Source of the DNA: Marsupella aquatica
Lineage: Eukaryota > Plantae > Marchantiophyta
Direction: 5' to 3'
Assembly (NCBI GenBank): GCA_973895155.1
Contig: OZ316898.1
Coordinates: 6,559,079-6,623,078 of the forward strand
DNA length: 64,000 nt
A model generated the notes under the pieces. The model searched no databases, was not told where the DNA came from, and was given only the letters and a program-made list of their open reading frames with translations. The translations under genes and the position numbers were made by a program. This document shows, in pieces, positions 44,603 through 57,568 of the stretch. Position 1 is the stretch's first letter. Every line of letters starts with the position of its first letter.

Positions 44603-47600
44603 CAAGGGGGCCCTTACAAGATAGTGGGGGTCGTTCAATGCATGTCTCTCCATCCAAAGCAAAGCTGATGGCCACTTACACAAAAGTTAGAATGCCTGAG
44701 CCAAAATATGTCCGGTCTGGAAAGAATCAATGAATGCAACTTCCTGAAGAGAAGCAGCCCTCTGCTCCAGTTTTTTAGACCACCTCAACAGGAAGTCTAA
44801 AAAACTCCAAATTTTGACAAAAAACATGCACACATCAGCAAAAGGACCCACAAGGGGCCCACTGACATATAACTAGGTTAGGTAATGGTTTTGCCTGACA
44901 GTGCCCCCTAGTTCATGTAAAGTGAAGTGTGGCCTGTTCCCACATGTGAATGGCTACAATTGCATTTCAAACTCAGAAAAAAAAATATACTGGTACCCCC
45001 AAGTTCTTTTAAAGGTACACTTAATCACTATTAACCACTAAGTTAAGGTCCACCAAATTTTGAGGTTTGAGACCCACTATTGAGAGAAAAGAAAGGGTTG
45101 AGGAGACTGATGGAGATGCAAGGAAACAACCCAAGAGTGAGAGCTTTTTTTAACTCATTAACTATGAGTCCCCCATATCAGTGAACCCATTCCTCACTGA
45201 ACTTGGGGCATTAATTTTGCAAAAAAATTTCTCGGGTGGCCACCTAAGTTGAACAATTTTGATGAACTTGGACACCAATTTTGCGGTCGGCTTTTCTCTC
45301 TTGAAGCCATGCTAGATTGGAAAATATTCACTCTCCCGCCTTCTGAGCTCTCGGCTGACCTTGCTGAGTCATCTTCGTAGTAGTGCTCAATTACAAAAGT
45401 TCCACACGCACATGATTGATGGGTGTGATTGATACTTGATAACCAATTTTGACTGATGGGGTTGTGATGCTCGCAAGATCTCTGAAATGCATAAAATGAT
45501 ATTGTACCTCCTGAGAGGTTGTTCACCCCATGAAACACTGATATCAGTGAAGCTAGATGCCCTCACCAAACTTGAACATCAACTCAGCATTCAACATTTT
45601 TTTCTCTCAGCGGTCACATCAAGTTAAGAACATTCCACTCCGCTGACATTGTTGACTCACTTTATTCAACTTAATAGCCCTGCTATTCCTAATTAGTTCG
45701 TGGACCCCTTGACTAATTGATAGCCTTGACTAATTGATAGCCTAGTTATCACAAACAGTTTTCAAAATCAGGCCTTTTCGGTACATGCTACCAAATTCTC
45801 AAGCTACGAGAATCAAAATTCAATTTGTGACATTTGCAATTAGATGAATGTTTGATCAAATGAATTATTTCAGTTCGTTGAGTGTTCAAGTTAGGACCAT
45901 GGCTAGCAGTTTACCTTAATTGCAAATGGCCAAAAATCTTACTCCAGGTGCCAATTACCCTTTGACAAGAAAATTATCAAGTTAGTTATTAGTCGTTATT
46001 TATTATATGAAAAACATTTTTTATAAATCTTTGAATTTAAGTTTTAAAATTGGAAATGTAACTAAAATGGTTACATAGTGACAGTTTTAACAGTCTTGCT
46101 ATTTACATTTCTAATTTTTAACTTTTCTTTTACGGCATGGCGTCCTAAAATGTACACTCAAATTGACACAAACACGAATGAAAACTATAAGTTTGACTCA
46201 CAAAACTGATGAGTCTTGTTTGTTGCGGTTATTGTTGATGTGGCACAATGTGGTACAAGGAATTTTGGAAGGGACCTCTGGTGGGGTCCCTAACAAGATC
46301 CTTTCTATCACTGGTCCAAACTTTGGGAATCAGGCTAAGGAGTTCAAAGTGATATACTTTTAACTGTAAAGTATCAAATCTGGCATCAAAATAAAACATA
46401 AAATAAAATAAAATAAATCTGGCATTCTCACTCTCACTGGAACGATTGATGGATGATTGTTCCAGTTTTGGGGATATACTAGACGAGTAGGTTAGCTACG
46501 TTTCCATTGTAAGTGTCACTGGATTTTCTCCCATTTTGGTTGAGTTTTTTTGTCACAGATTGTGGAGGGGAAAATAACATTAGATTACTTGTCATGTCAC
46601 TCTTCATTGCCTTAATAAGAAATAGCTGGGTTGGTCTTTTCTTTTGCCTCCTCCCTTCTCTACAGTAGTCGCCTTCTCTACTTGCGTTGAAGGTGCAACA
46701 CTAAAAAAGTAACTAGCATTCTTCACCATCAAATTATGGGCCTTCTTTAGTTGCGTTGAAGGTGCAAATCTAAACAATATTTGAGAGATATACTTAGTGG
46801 ACCTCCAAATGCAACTTTCTCTCTTAATGGACCAAAAGTTTCCCACGCCCTCCCAATGGACCCCAAAGTTTAGATTCTCTCCCAATGGACCTCCGGGCTC
46901 ACTCCGTACAGGTATGTTCTTATGAAACAGCTTACCACGCAGTTTGAGTCCACTGCGTACCCTGTGGAAACCGTGGTTGCTCATGTGTAGTCGGCCGTCA
47001 ATAATGTCGCAGTCCACAAGCGTCATAGCCCTGGCGGCAATCGAGCTCCGCGCAGCACCATGGCAGTTTTTGTGAATACAGTATGACTATTGTATTCAAA
47101 ACAATAATTGAATGAGTTTGCGGTGGCATTGGAGCCTTCGTGCCCGACCTCACAGGATTTCAGAATACATTGTCACTTTAGTGTTCAAGATACAAAGGAA
47201 ATAGTTTATTGGAGCTTGCAACAGCCGGCAAGCCGTACCTCCCCGAACCTCCTTGCTTTTATGAAGACATTGTCTATAATGTGTACAAATCTTAAAGGAA
47301 TAATTTTCAAAATTCAAATGTGCCCGCCCTTTATGGAACCCTTTGGGAACCTGTTTTGTTGTCATTTGGTTTGTTACTCGACATTTTCTCGTGTTGCTGG
47401 TTCCGGCTCGTGTTCTTGGGGCCCAACCTCCGTGACAGGAAACAGGAAACAGTAATGCTCATAACAGGAAAAAGAGTGCAACAAAACAGGAGATTACCTA
47501 CTATCATCGACAAAACATGACATAATTCTGGACAAAAAGGAGACCAAGTTCAATCGGAACTCCAATATTTTTAGGGCGGAATACAACAATATCGGAAGAC

Positions 47601-47760
47601 CTTTTACTAGCGCCGAGCGCTACCCAAATACTTGTTGCCAGATAAAACAACATTACAAAATGCCGGCCTTTTACTAGCGCCGAGCGCTAACAAAATATTT
47701 GTTACCGTTTAAAACGGCAACCCAAAAATGCCCGTTCAACGTCTAGTAGATTGCAAAGAA

Positions 47761-50700
47761 TTATTCTAAACCATGCGAATTCCTCCTTCCTATGATGTAC
47801 TGGAGTTCTCCAACAGTCAAAATTGGCTGGCTTGGTAAGACCGAATCCAACGGATCAAGCTTGAAGATTGTTTTGTAAACCCAGTACAAATGTTTATAAG
47901 GCATGAAAGGTCTTCCTCAAGAATGTCGGTGAAAGAAGTCCTCACAAGAGCAACAAGGGAATACGCAAATCTGCACCCAATAAGTGTTTGCCGTCCTTAG
48001 ATGAGCGTGTGTTTGGATGAGTAATCGTTTCCCATATGAGTTCCCCGAGGAAACGTCCAATTTTGTGATAAGAGTCATTGTTTCCTTCGCAGCAGATTCG
48101 ATCCTTCTATGGTATTCCTGAGTAAGATTTGATCTGGGGTTCATTGGGCGCCCATTCCTAGTTCGAACACGGATGTTGATTTGTGCCATATTGATCTTCT
48201 CAGGAAAAACATCAATATTGATTCTCAAGTCAAAAGGCGTAGGTTTGGCAGGCATGCTTTGGTGGTGTTGTCTGGAGATTGCAACCCCCTGTTCTTCCAG
48301 GAAATGTAACTCCAAGTTTGACAAATGTGTTCCTGTTAGTACTGGCACGGAAACTGGATAAGGAGGCAGGTTAGCGATGCCTCGACATGGGTGGCTTTTC
48401 CAACAACTGCCGTTGGGGCAAAACCACATGAACTCGGCATGAGGTTCACTCCTAAACAGGCAATGTCCCTTCGCAACAATTCCGATCACTCCAGCATTAG
48501 AAGGATATCCAACCTTCTTAATCCGGTTTCGACACTCATCACGATCGCATCTACTTGACAATGTCCCGTTACACTGAGGACCAGGCCCAAGTCTTGAAAT
48601 TCGACGAAGATGCCAAGACCCAGGTTCAACGTCCGACTCCAAAAGTGACGTGTCAGGGAGGACTGGAGTTTGGTCCATTTGAGAGACTTCTGGTAATGTG
48701 GAAAATTCTTCACCTGGACCAGAAGCAGATGCGTCCGGCAAGTCACTTGGGCCCTCAATCCCAGTCAAATCGATTGGTGTCTCAGGAACACTTGGTGGAA
48801 TATGAGAAAATTGAGCCGAGTTCAAATTTCTCCATTTCAAACCCCGTGTATTTGGTGTTGTTATCAAAATGGTGTCATGACAATGGGAGTCTTGTGCCGA
48901 GACATTCCCTGTCGCTGGACCTTTTCTTTTGATAGATTTGGTTACAAAATCACCGTTCATTGGAGTACTCCTCTCCAAATCAAATTCCGCCGCATTAGCT
49001 AGTAGCAAATTAGAAGCCTCTTCGAACAATCGAGGGGATCCAGCCAGGTCCGCTAAACGGAAAGCTAGTTCAAATACCGTAGGACCTGCTCCTCTATGTA
49101 ACCCATCCCGATAGGTAGTATAAGCAGCAATTTGAGAGATTGCACGATTGTGGTTAATTTTACAACCCTCAAATAATCCGACAGTTTTCTTCCCTTGCCA
49201 AGCTTTCATGATACCATGAACTGCCTCAGATCCAGTGCAGTTAGGAATCATCCCTCCTTCTTGTGCACTTTTGCTCTGCAGGACGGCCAGAGTTCATCAA
49301 ATCTCAAAATCTACTTTTGGAAGATAAGTTGATATTCTTCAACAATATGTATCAATTAAAGGTAGCGCAAGGCGCTGACCAAAACGCTAAGAGAATCAAG
49401 AAAAAGAAGGTGTTAATAATAGCGCCAGGCGCTAGTATGGAAGTGTCTATTCAATAAATCAAAAATGGTGATACTTACAAGTTGAATAAAATTTCCCCAT
49501 TGCCGCCATCTTACAACCCACCAAGAGATCCATCCCTGCAGCATCCGAAGCTTCCCGGGAATGCAATTGCCAGATCTCCACCACAAATCAATTTCTCGGG
49601 AAATCCTGTAAGCTTCGACAAACGTTGATGCATTTATGAGCTTATCCCAGAGGAGGCGATGCTCAGAACGTTTGTCTTCAAGCACTCCTTCGATAGAATG
49701 GCGGTGCAAAGATTGGTAAAAATGAAAAGCATCCGATCTCTCTTTCTCCGGATTTGGATGGCCCCCAAAGAAAACGTTTCTGACCGCACGCCACCCCGAC
49801 TGAGCATTATCAGCCATGAATCCATGAATTTGAACATCATCTACCCCATTTTCTAAAGCAACCTCGATCATTAATCTCCATGCTTTCTCGAGAGATTCAG
49901 TGTCCTCCGCTTTCAGCTCACACATAAATATTGTACATAAAGCTCGATAGTTATGGTCATAAACATGGGCGCTAAAAGTACTCCAATCTTTCGACATTCG
50001 TTTCATGACATCAAAACTCACCCACGCACCTTCAAGGGGTCCACCCTTTTTCATCTGTCGCAACAAATCTACTCTGGATCCATGCCCTTTGATCGTCATT
50101 TTGAAAATATGAGCTCGGTCCTCCTTAGAGCCTTGCCCTGGAAGTAGATACCTTTGAACAAACGGGAACCTGACATTCTTCTGCATCCGAACCAGATATT
50201 CGAGGTCTCCTCGCCCGGCCTGATCTTTCCGGACACTCTTAAACAAGGCAAAGAACTTTTGCGGAGTCAAAACAAGCATAAGTGATTGCCAAATCTCACT
50301 CTCTTCCATCTTCGAGATGTCATTGATAGATTCATCTAGTCATCCTTAAGAGATCCAGTGATCGCATTTTTCAAAACACTTGGCGAGGAAGAAGGATTCT
50401 TCAAATGCTCTTTCCGAATCTCTTCGACCGCTATCATCTCCAAACTTCTAGACCAGACCTTTCGACACGGATGGTTATGGACACCCATATGCACTGCAAG
50501 GTGTGACATATGTTGCGTTGTCGCCGAATCCAGGAGAACTTGTGGGTACATGTAAAACATTTTTGCGGAACAGGAGTCCAAACAGAACGAAAGTTGAAGA
50601 CAATACCGACAAACAATCCCTCCTGAATCAATCAACTTTCCTAGACAATGTTGGCCTCCCAACTTGGGGGTCCCTTCCCAAGAGCTACAATTCCTACCAT

Positions 50701-51505
50701 TTGTTCTGGTATAAAACTCGCATGATTTGTTTCAGCATTCAAGTGATCCGCTACAGCTGACTTTACCAAACTCCCACATCTTCTTCGGCAAAACATTTGC
50801 AGAGGTAGGAAGAATTCGAGTCCAAAGATAGCAATCCTTCGAACGGTCCATGTTAAGTAGACGCTTCCCCTTTGAACCCACACAATCGACAGGCGGAAGC
50901 TCAAATATGACATTGCCGTTGTAAGTTTTGGGAAGAAATTCTACTTGCTCGTGCTTGAAAGTCTCTGATCGTACAAATCGAGATAGCTCACTTTGACCAG
51001 TCAATTTCAGAAGGGCGTCTAACGCGCTCCTTCTGTAAACTATAGCAAGAGAAGGAGATTTAAGAAGCTTGTCACCTCCACTGTCTTCCGTTGAGGTACT
51101 ACATTGATGCATTGGAAATGAATTCATTAACAAATGACACTCTTCACACTTGATGTTCCTAATGTCAATCGGCAATTGAGAGACAGGGGAAGAGTCATCG
51201 CCATCAGACGTGAGGTCAATGACCTCTGTTGGTGCATCCACCGTCTCTAGTTTCACTACTTTTCCTCGGAGGAAAAGCGTGTACTCGACACCGCAGTGCA
51301 GTTCCCACCATTTTTGACCAAAAATGTAAAAAGAATTCACTACCCCCTCGGTAGCTGTCCCTAGGCTTTGAATGTCTTTCCTCCTAACATCAAACCTTCC
51401 GCAAAGATAATTCTCACTCACACGTTGATTACCATCTCCGTAAGTCATAGGAACGCTAATCACGTCTCCCATTTCAGGACATTTTACCCTAATAACCCGT
51501 GACAT
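47761..51505 (-). pseudogene. Mutator/MULE-like DDE transposase with an N-terminal GCM/WRKY-like Zn finger and a C-terminal SWIM finger (disrupted)
   Basis: Joined ORFs 51505-50732, 50662-50336, 50309-49479, intron 49478-49276 (GTAAGT..TGCAG), then 49275-47761. Motifs: CSGSLEC*NKSC..CRYC..HMGVHNHP; SFDVMKR (D); GFMADNAQ (D); DAFHFYQS; TGSEAVHG (E); CSCEDF..PYKHLYWVY (SWIM). Stops at 50732-50734 and 47917-47919; frameshift near 50340. Confidence 0.8.
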
Positions 51506-52489
51506 TCTGACAGAATGGCAAAATGGTAAGGGTGTTTCCAGCCTTGGTTTATTATTTCCCTCAAGTAAATCATCAAGAACGAAGAAACCACACCCGAACG
51601 CAAAAAATATTTAGAACTTTACCGTTACCTCAACAGATAAATTTGAGATAAATGGCAACGGATGACCGTTGAAAACAAAATGTTTCTGTTAATTTAACGG
51701 ACATTTTCACAATGGAGAATAATAGCACCAAGCGCTAGCAAAAACACTACCAGATCTCCGTTCAAAAGCGTGATATTTAAAATCAGAATTCTGCAAAACG
51801 TGACTTTGTTTGATACTCTACATTGATAGCGCCTGGCGCTATTATTGCGGAAAATGAAAAAACTAGAAATTCTCATGTATATGATGGAACATTTGAAAGA
51901 TTTTACGAATGTTAGACAACAATCAATAATAGCGCCGGGCGCTATTATAGAAACTCAGTGGATTACTAGTATTTCAGGGTCGACTCACAAGAAAATATGT
52001 ATACTTTTTGGTCTAGAAGGAGTGATGTTTATGATAGCGCCGGGCGCTATTAATGTTTATCCTCCGAGTTGTCTGTCCAATGGATATTTGTAACGGTAAC
52101 TTTATGCCTGTGTGACCGTTTTTACCTCTTGAATGAATGTTAATTATGAGATTCTTCGTTACATTTGAGTAGCCACGTCAGCACTATATGCCAACTATCC
52201 CTTTCTCTTTGGTTCGATTGCTCGATTACCTGATATTTTTCATCATGGAACATTCATATTTAAGTCAGTTGTCGGTCTTTTTAGGATCTTTTTCCTGTCA
52301 AAGGTCAATTTGACAGATCTGATCTTGCTATGTGATTTGCTATCGTGTCATTCTGTTGCGGGAAAACGGTCTCCATACTGGCTGTTTCGGACGTGGGTCG
52401 TATCTATTCGGTTGCAACAGTACGTTACAGGCCTTCGTGAGTGGCTGAGAACTCTCCAAATTTTAGGGCCAAAGGCTCTTTATCCAGAT
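51506..52489. promoter_or_regulatory. Divergent intergenic/promoter region with four phased palindromic sites
   Basis: Lies between the head-to-head starts at 51505 (-) and 52490 (+). Palindromes at 51723, 51827, 51930 and 52035 (spacing 104, 103, 105 bp). Confidence 0.55.
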
Positions 52490-55400
52490 ATGGACAACAC
52501 TTCCCCGGGTAATTCTCAAACATCGGAGACATCTTTCGCTGGTTCTGTTTACACACGACGCGTTACTCGCTCGACTGCATCGCATTCTCTTTGGAACTCT
52601 GCGCAAACTTTCCCAACGTAGAGACGAGGTGTCATGGAGAACTCGAGTGATTTCATCATGGAAGACGGGTGTGAAGGGTCGCTAGCGATGGGAGATGTGA
52701 TTGCCAAACATGCAATGTCGTTTGGCACTGATTTCAGAGGAGAGCCCAAGGACCCTCCGCGTATACCGCTTTGTCACCTAGTCAATATGGAAGTTGTTCG
52801 GACTCTCCAGAAGGAGAGTGCTTCAATCGAGAAGCTAAAAGAATCATTTCGCAGTTCCGGTTACAACTCCTCCATTGGGATGCAATTCTATGTGCAACCC
52901 GCTGATTCTGAAGGCGTCATCCAATTTTGTACCCCGGAATTCGCGAGAGTTGGGATGCTGTCTGGACAGTCTAGAATGAGAAATTTGAAGCGGACTGTGA
53001 AGCAAATCCAGATTTCCTTGTCTTAAAAGACAAGATGTTTTGTGTGTTCGACGGGAATCATCGTCTGTATTCCTGGTCGCAGGTAACAAAAGAGAACCCC
53101 GAAAATGTCAAGTACCACCCTCGTGTGCTATGCACTGTATTCAAGGGAGATCGAGGTTCTCTTATTGAGATTGAAGCCGCCATGCACACTGTCAATCAGT
53201 AAGTTTGGTCATTTTCTTTGATTTGGACAAATTTTCAATTGTGGGATTTTGGTTAGCGTTTGGCGCTAACAAATTATGGTTGTGTACAGATTGGGGCAAG
53301 CCGTTGTAGAACCGTCGTGGATCCTCGATGCTGACAGAATTAGTCGGATTCTGTCCCATGACCTTGATTATTACAAGACGATAATTGACGCCAGAAACTT
53401 CAAACGCTTTGAGGCAATTCGCGCAAAGACAAGGAAAGGCTCTTGGTATACAAAGAAGATGCCTTTGGAGGCCCTTGTATACATCTTGTGCGAGAACAAG
53501 ATCAAGTCATACTCTGTGCAATTCAAACTGGACATGGCGACTGCAAACACTCAAGGGAGGCCGTGGTCAAAGGAGGAGGTCACCAAGCGTCATGCGGCAA
53601 TGATGAAGGAGGCCACAAAAGAATGGAGCGTGAAGACCTCAAAGATCACTCCACACCTTAGCCCCAAATTCGAAGATTTTCTGTCAACATGTGCGGAAAT
53701 GTACACGCTGACAGAGAAAAACAAGCGAGAACAGAAAGTAGACGCTGTGGTTTGCACGATGGATCGTGCTCGTCTCTTTACTGCCGTCTCAGCTTTGGAC
53801 TCAAAGTTGCATTCCACTCTTCTTGTGGCGCATTGCACGCCCGAACTTTGCAAGCAATTTTTCCATCCGCCGAGTGTGAACGACGAACCAGTTAAACAAT
53901 GGTGTCACACTTGGCACATGTGGAGTTGGATCGAAGGAATTTCAATGGGGATGATGCAGACTGCTCTCAGACAAGTTCAATCTGTCATGCCTCCGGAACG
54001 ACTTGTCACAGGAGGTGTAGAAACTTTTGATGCTTTAGTGCAGACCATTTGCAATGATTTCAAAAGTTACGGAGATACAGTCAAGGCAAAGTTTTTTAAC
54101 ACAATGTGGGCGTCAAAGTACGGGGAGAAAGAAGATTTTTCTTCCCAAAACCAGAAGCGGGCAAAGAGATACCTTTATCGGTTCTTCTTGTCCATGGAGA
54201 GCAATTCTCCTGAATATTTCTGGGCTTATCCTCCTGCGTTCCAGAGGTGGTCGGTCATGGATGGGGATGATTTCAGTGAGGTTTACTCGATGTATCCTGC
54301 AGAAGGAGCCAATCCTCCACGTGATATTTCCGTTTGGGAGCGAACAAACTGTCCCTGGTACCTTGATACTGATAAGTGGGATACACCTTTTGATGAATCT
54401 GAGAAAGACGCCTTTTTGAAATTGTCCAAATCTTTAGTTCCTCGCAAATGGTTGTCTGAGATGAAGGAAGGATTGTTGGGAGACGTTGAAGCTTCTGCAG
54501 TGGAGCTTCAAAAAATATGTGAGACTAAAGTCTTACATGTTGACAGGAGCCGAAAACCTCGCGCAAAAGTAAAAGTTGATACAGGATTGAATAGCCCATC
54601 CACGAGATCCGGAAGAAAACGTAAGTTATATGACTTTTTGAAGTTCTTCTTGATCTTTTCCTCTGAAATTCACTTAGTTGTTTGCATTGATTTTGGTTAG
54701 CGCCAAGCGCTACTTTAAACTATTAAATGTATACTCATACAAGAGAATTTAGAAAGTAAATGTTTGGCTAGCGCCGGGCACTGTTATAGTTTCCCCAGTG
54801 TTCTTACCTTTTCGATTCTCTGTAGGGGGTAGGAAATCAGAGGGAGAAGAAACTCAAGATGCAACGACGACCATTACCCCTGATCAATCTGAAGCAAACA
54901 CTGAGGCTGACGATGCTACCCAAGAGCAGACTCCTCCTGCAAATACCAACATTGATCGTCCAGTTGATGCCACAAGCACCAGGAAAAAGAAGAAGAAAAA
55001 TCTTGATCTCGGTTCTTCTTCTAGAGATTCGTATGCATGTACTGGCGTCCAACGAGAAGTTGGTCAATTCAAGTCCAAAGTTTGCCGTCATATGTTTGTT
55101 GAGTCCAGTCTAATGGACTTTTTTGATTCTGTTTTTACAAAAGAGACTAAACCCAGGTGGGTGACGAATGTCGAGAAGTGGGGAAAAGACTTAGTGACAC
55201 TTGGTCTCCGAGAGAAAGGGGTAGTTAGGGGAGGCAAGTTGAGATCTTTTGGGGTGGATGCGGGTTTTGTCTACCTACCGACAGGTCTACGACCTTCTTT
55301 GCTTCACCGAAAATCGCCAAAGTGGAATGTACCGGATCACCGAATGGTTGGCTCTTTCTTTCGGGCAATGGACCCATTTCTTGCCGATGATGGGTTGTTA

Positions 55401-56695
55401 GCAGTTTTGCACACTGGGGAGTATGACCAGATCTCCCAAGTAATTTTGGCCAGCCAAGATTCCCAAAAGTTCTAGTGCCTCAAAACGCTCAACGTTGTTA
55501 TGGGTGCCCCAATGTACATGGCCAAAAGCGATTGTCAGGTAATTGTCCTTTTGAATCAAGAGAATCATTTGCTAGCGCTTGGCGCTATTAATAGATCTCA
55601 TTTCATGTTTGATGTTCACATGTAAATATCCTTGTGTACGCAGGGTCTTTTGGGTAGCGCCAGGCGCTATTAATATATGTTACCAAATCTCATATTGAAT
55701 ATTGTTTATTTTCCAGGTTTTCACCTTAAGACTTGATATCTAAGTTAGTCGAGTTACATCGAAGGTTAGGGTCCCCAAAGATTCAAAGTTCAAACCTTTG
55801 TCTTCAACCGAGGACCCTTCAATCACAAACCTCATTGGGCTGCAGACTCTGAAGAAGGATCCTGTTCCAGAAGCTACATTTGCAGGGAATGCACGACTAC
55901 CGGTTGGCTTCATGCAGTCTGTCTTGGAGTTAATTTCTCGTCCGGGAGATATTATTATGGACTGGACGGTTGGGTCAGGAAGTACATTTGTGGCTGGTGA
56001 TTTTTGTGGCCGTTTCATCCTTGGGATTGAGAATCGCAAGGAATTTGTTTGTATTGTAGAGAGGATATACACTGACCTTCTCCTCCCGAAAGAATCGAGT
56101 GAGGCTGGTCCGAGCAAAGACATGGAGAAAAAAGTGAAAGATAAAGTTCGATCTATTCTGAATTTTGATTCTGAAGAAGAAGAAGACGATGTAGCTGATG
56201 AAGAGGCCGGGATTGATGTCCAGAAAGAAGGAGAGAAAAAGGATGAGGGGAATTCAGAAGGAGAAACGGAAGATTCAGATTCTTCTGAGTAATGCCCGTA
56301 AGCTTCTTTACATTACTTAACTTTCCATTTTCTTTTTATCTTGTATACTTGAATTACTGGAATCTCTCGAAGTGTACTTAGTGTTTCAACTGACTCGCAG
56401 GTCAGAGTGGAATCTTCGCGAGAGGTTCAATCTGCGAAGGAAATTTTCAAGCAAAGTCCTAATTACCCCTGAGAAACCATTTGTATTGCCTTCATACGCA
56501 GAGTATGCCGCTCGCAAAGAAGAGAGTAGAAGAACCCTGACTTGGGAGAATAAGGGCTTGCGATTGAGACGTGGTTTGGATAGAAAGTTCATCCGTCATC
56601 CATTTGTCGATGATATGGCACGAAATGAATTTATCAACGATGAAGCAGAGAGTACGGATAGATCGGAGAGTAGTGAGTCGGAATCTGGAGATTAG
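52490..56695 (+). pseudogene. ParB-like N-terminal domain fused to a beta-class N4-C/N6-A DNA methyltransferase-like domain; 5 exons (disrupted)
   Basis: Frame-consistent GT-AG introns at 53199-53289, 54621-54825, 55539-55716 and 56289-56400. ParB-like MFCVFDGNHRLYSW at ~53035-53076. MTase elements in beta-class order: VDAGFVYLPTG (motif IV position, 55254-55286), FFRAMDPFLADDGLLAVL, then LPVGFMQSVLELISRPGDIIMDWTVGSGSTFVAGDFCGRFILGIE (motifs X-I-II). Stops at 52619, 52972, 55473 and 55741; frameshift ~52938. Confidence 0.78.
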
Positions 56696-57034
56696 ATTAC
56701 ATTGGATTAGGTTAGTTTGAATTAGATTAGTTATATATTCATGATTTTAAAACATATTACCTCCTCCAAAATAGTAGCGCCGGGCGCTACTTATTGTACG
56801 CATCAATTTTATATAAATACGAAGTGGGAAAGGTATTAGCTTCCGCATATCTTTTTGTGATGTGAAGTGTAGTGTAATGTTTTCCAAACTGCAAGTACAT
56901 GTACTGATGTACGATGAAAATCCTTAATGACCTTGACTACCATACGTACCTGTTTTCCTAGGTTGAATTCCTTCGCAACGGTAGGTATTTCGACACCCTC
57001 TTCAATTTTACACCCTCTCTGTTTGACATCGCCG

Positions 57035-57568
57035 ATGTTCGAGGATTTCCAGGAGCTCTTTTGCATTTAGCGCTGCATAGACATTGATCCAGAGACCATG
57101 GAGAAAGGAAAGCAAGTCTTGTGTGAGAGAATTGCCGGCCCCACAAAGTTGGAAGAAAAAGCTTCAATTGATTTGCTTGCCTCAGAGGTCCCGATCGACG
57201 AGACTCCTCACCCTATCACCTCAATGGAGAGAAATCGACTATGGCTGGCCTCGGACGAGGGGATAAGCCTTTGAGCAAAACCAGAATCATGCCCTGATTC
57301 GTCTCCTCCCCGGTCTTTTAGAGAACGGTTCTCTATTCACGATCCGGATCCTTCCGATGTCTATAGGGTTGGACGGACGGCGTTTTTCAGGGGCATTCAA
57401 CAATGGACCGGGCGAGTCGGATTTTCTGACTCCAACATTCCAAATTGCAGGCTGAGGAGTCGCCTTCCAGGACCGCGTTTTTTTGCTGAGCGAGAGGATG
57501 GATTTCGCCAAGACGAGGATCGCTTCAATGCGGGAGTCGATGATGAGTGTCATTCATCGACGTCCTGA
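57035..57568 (+). pseudogene. Putative third cargo gene of the element (~177 aa, unknown function, two in-frame stops)
   Basis: A single frame reads MFEDFQELFCI*RCIDIDPETMEKGKQVLCER..SDEGISL*AKPESCPD..DDECHSSTS*, with stops at 57068 and 57272. It is flanked by palindromes at 56775 and 57612. Confidence 0.4.

Noticed and set aside
46604-47026. 140-aa ORF left of the element
   Set aside because: No recognisable domain and partly built from a short duplicated segment (ttgcgttgaaggtgcaa); cannot be supported as a gene.
51723-52049. Regularly spaced palindromes with unique spacers as a CRISPR array
   Set aside because: The repeats are only 15 bp, the spacers are ~90 bp, there are no cas genes, the context is eukaryotic, and the same motif is scattered in introns.
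52490-56695. Bacterial contamination or a recent prokaryotic insert
   Set aside because: The gene has four frame-consistent GT-AG introns and sits beside a eukaryotic-type transposase in contiguous plant DNA.
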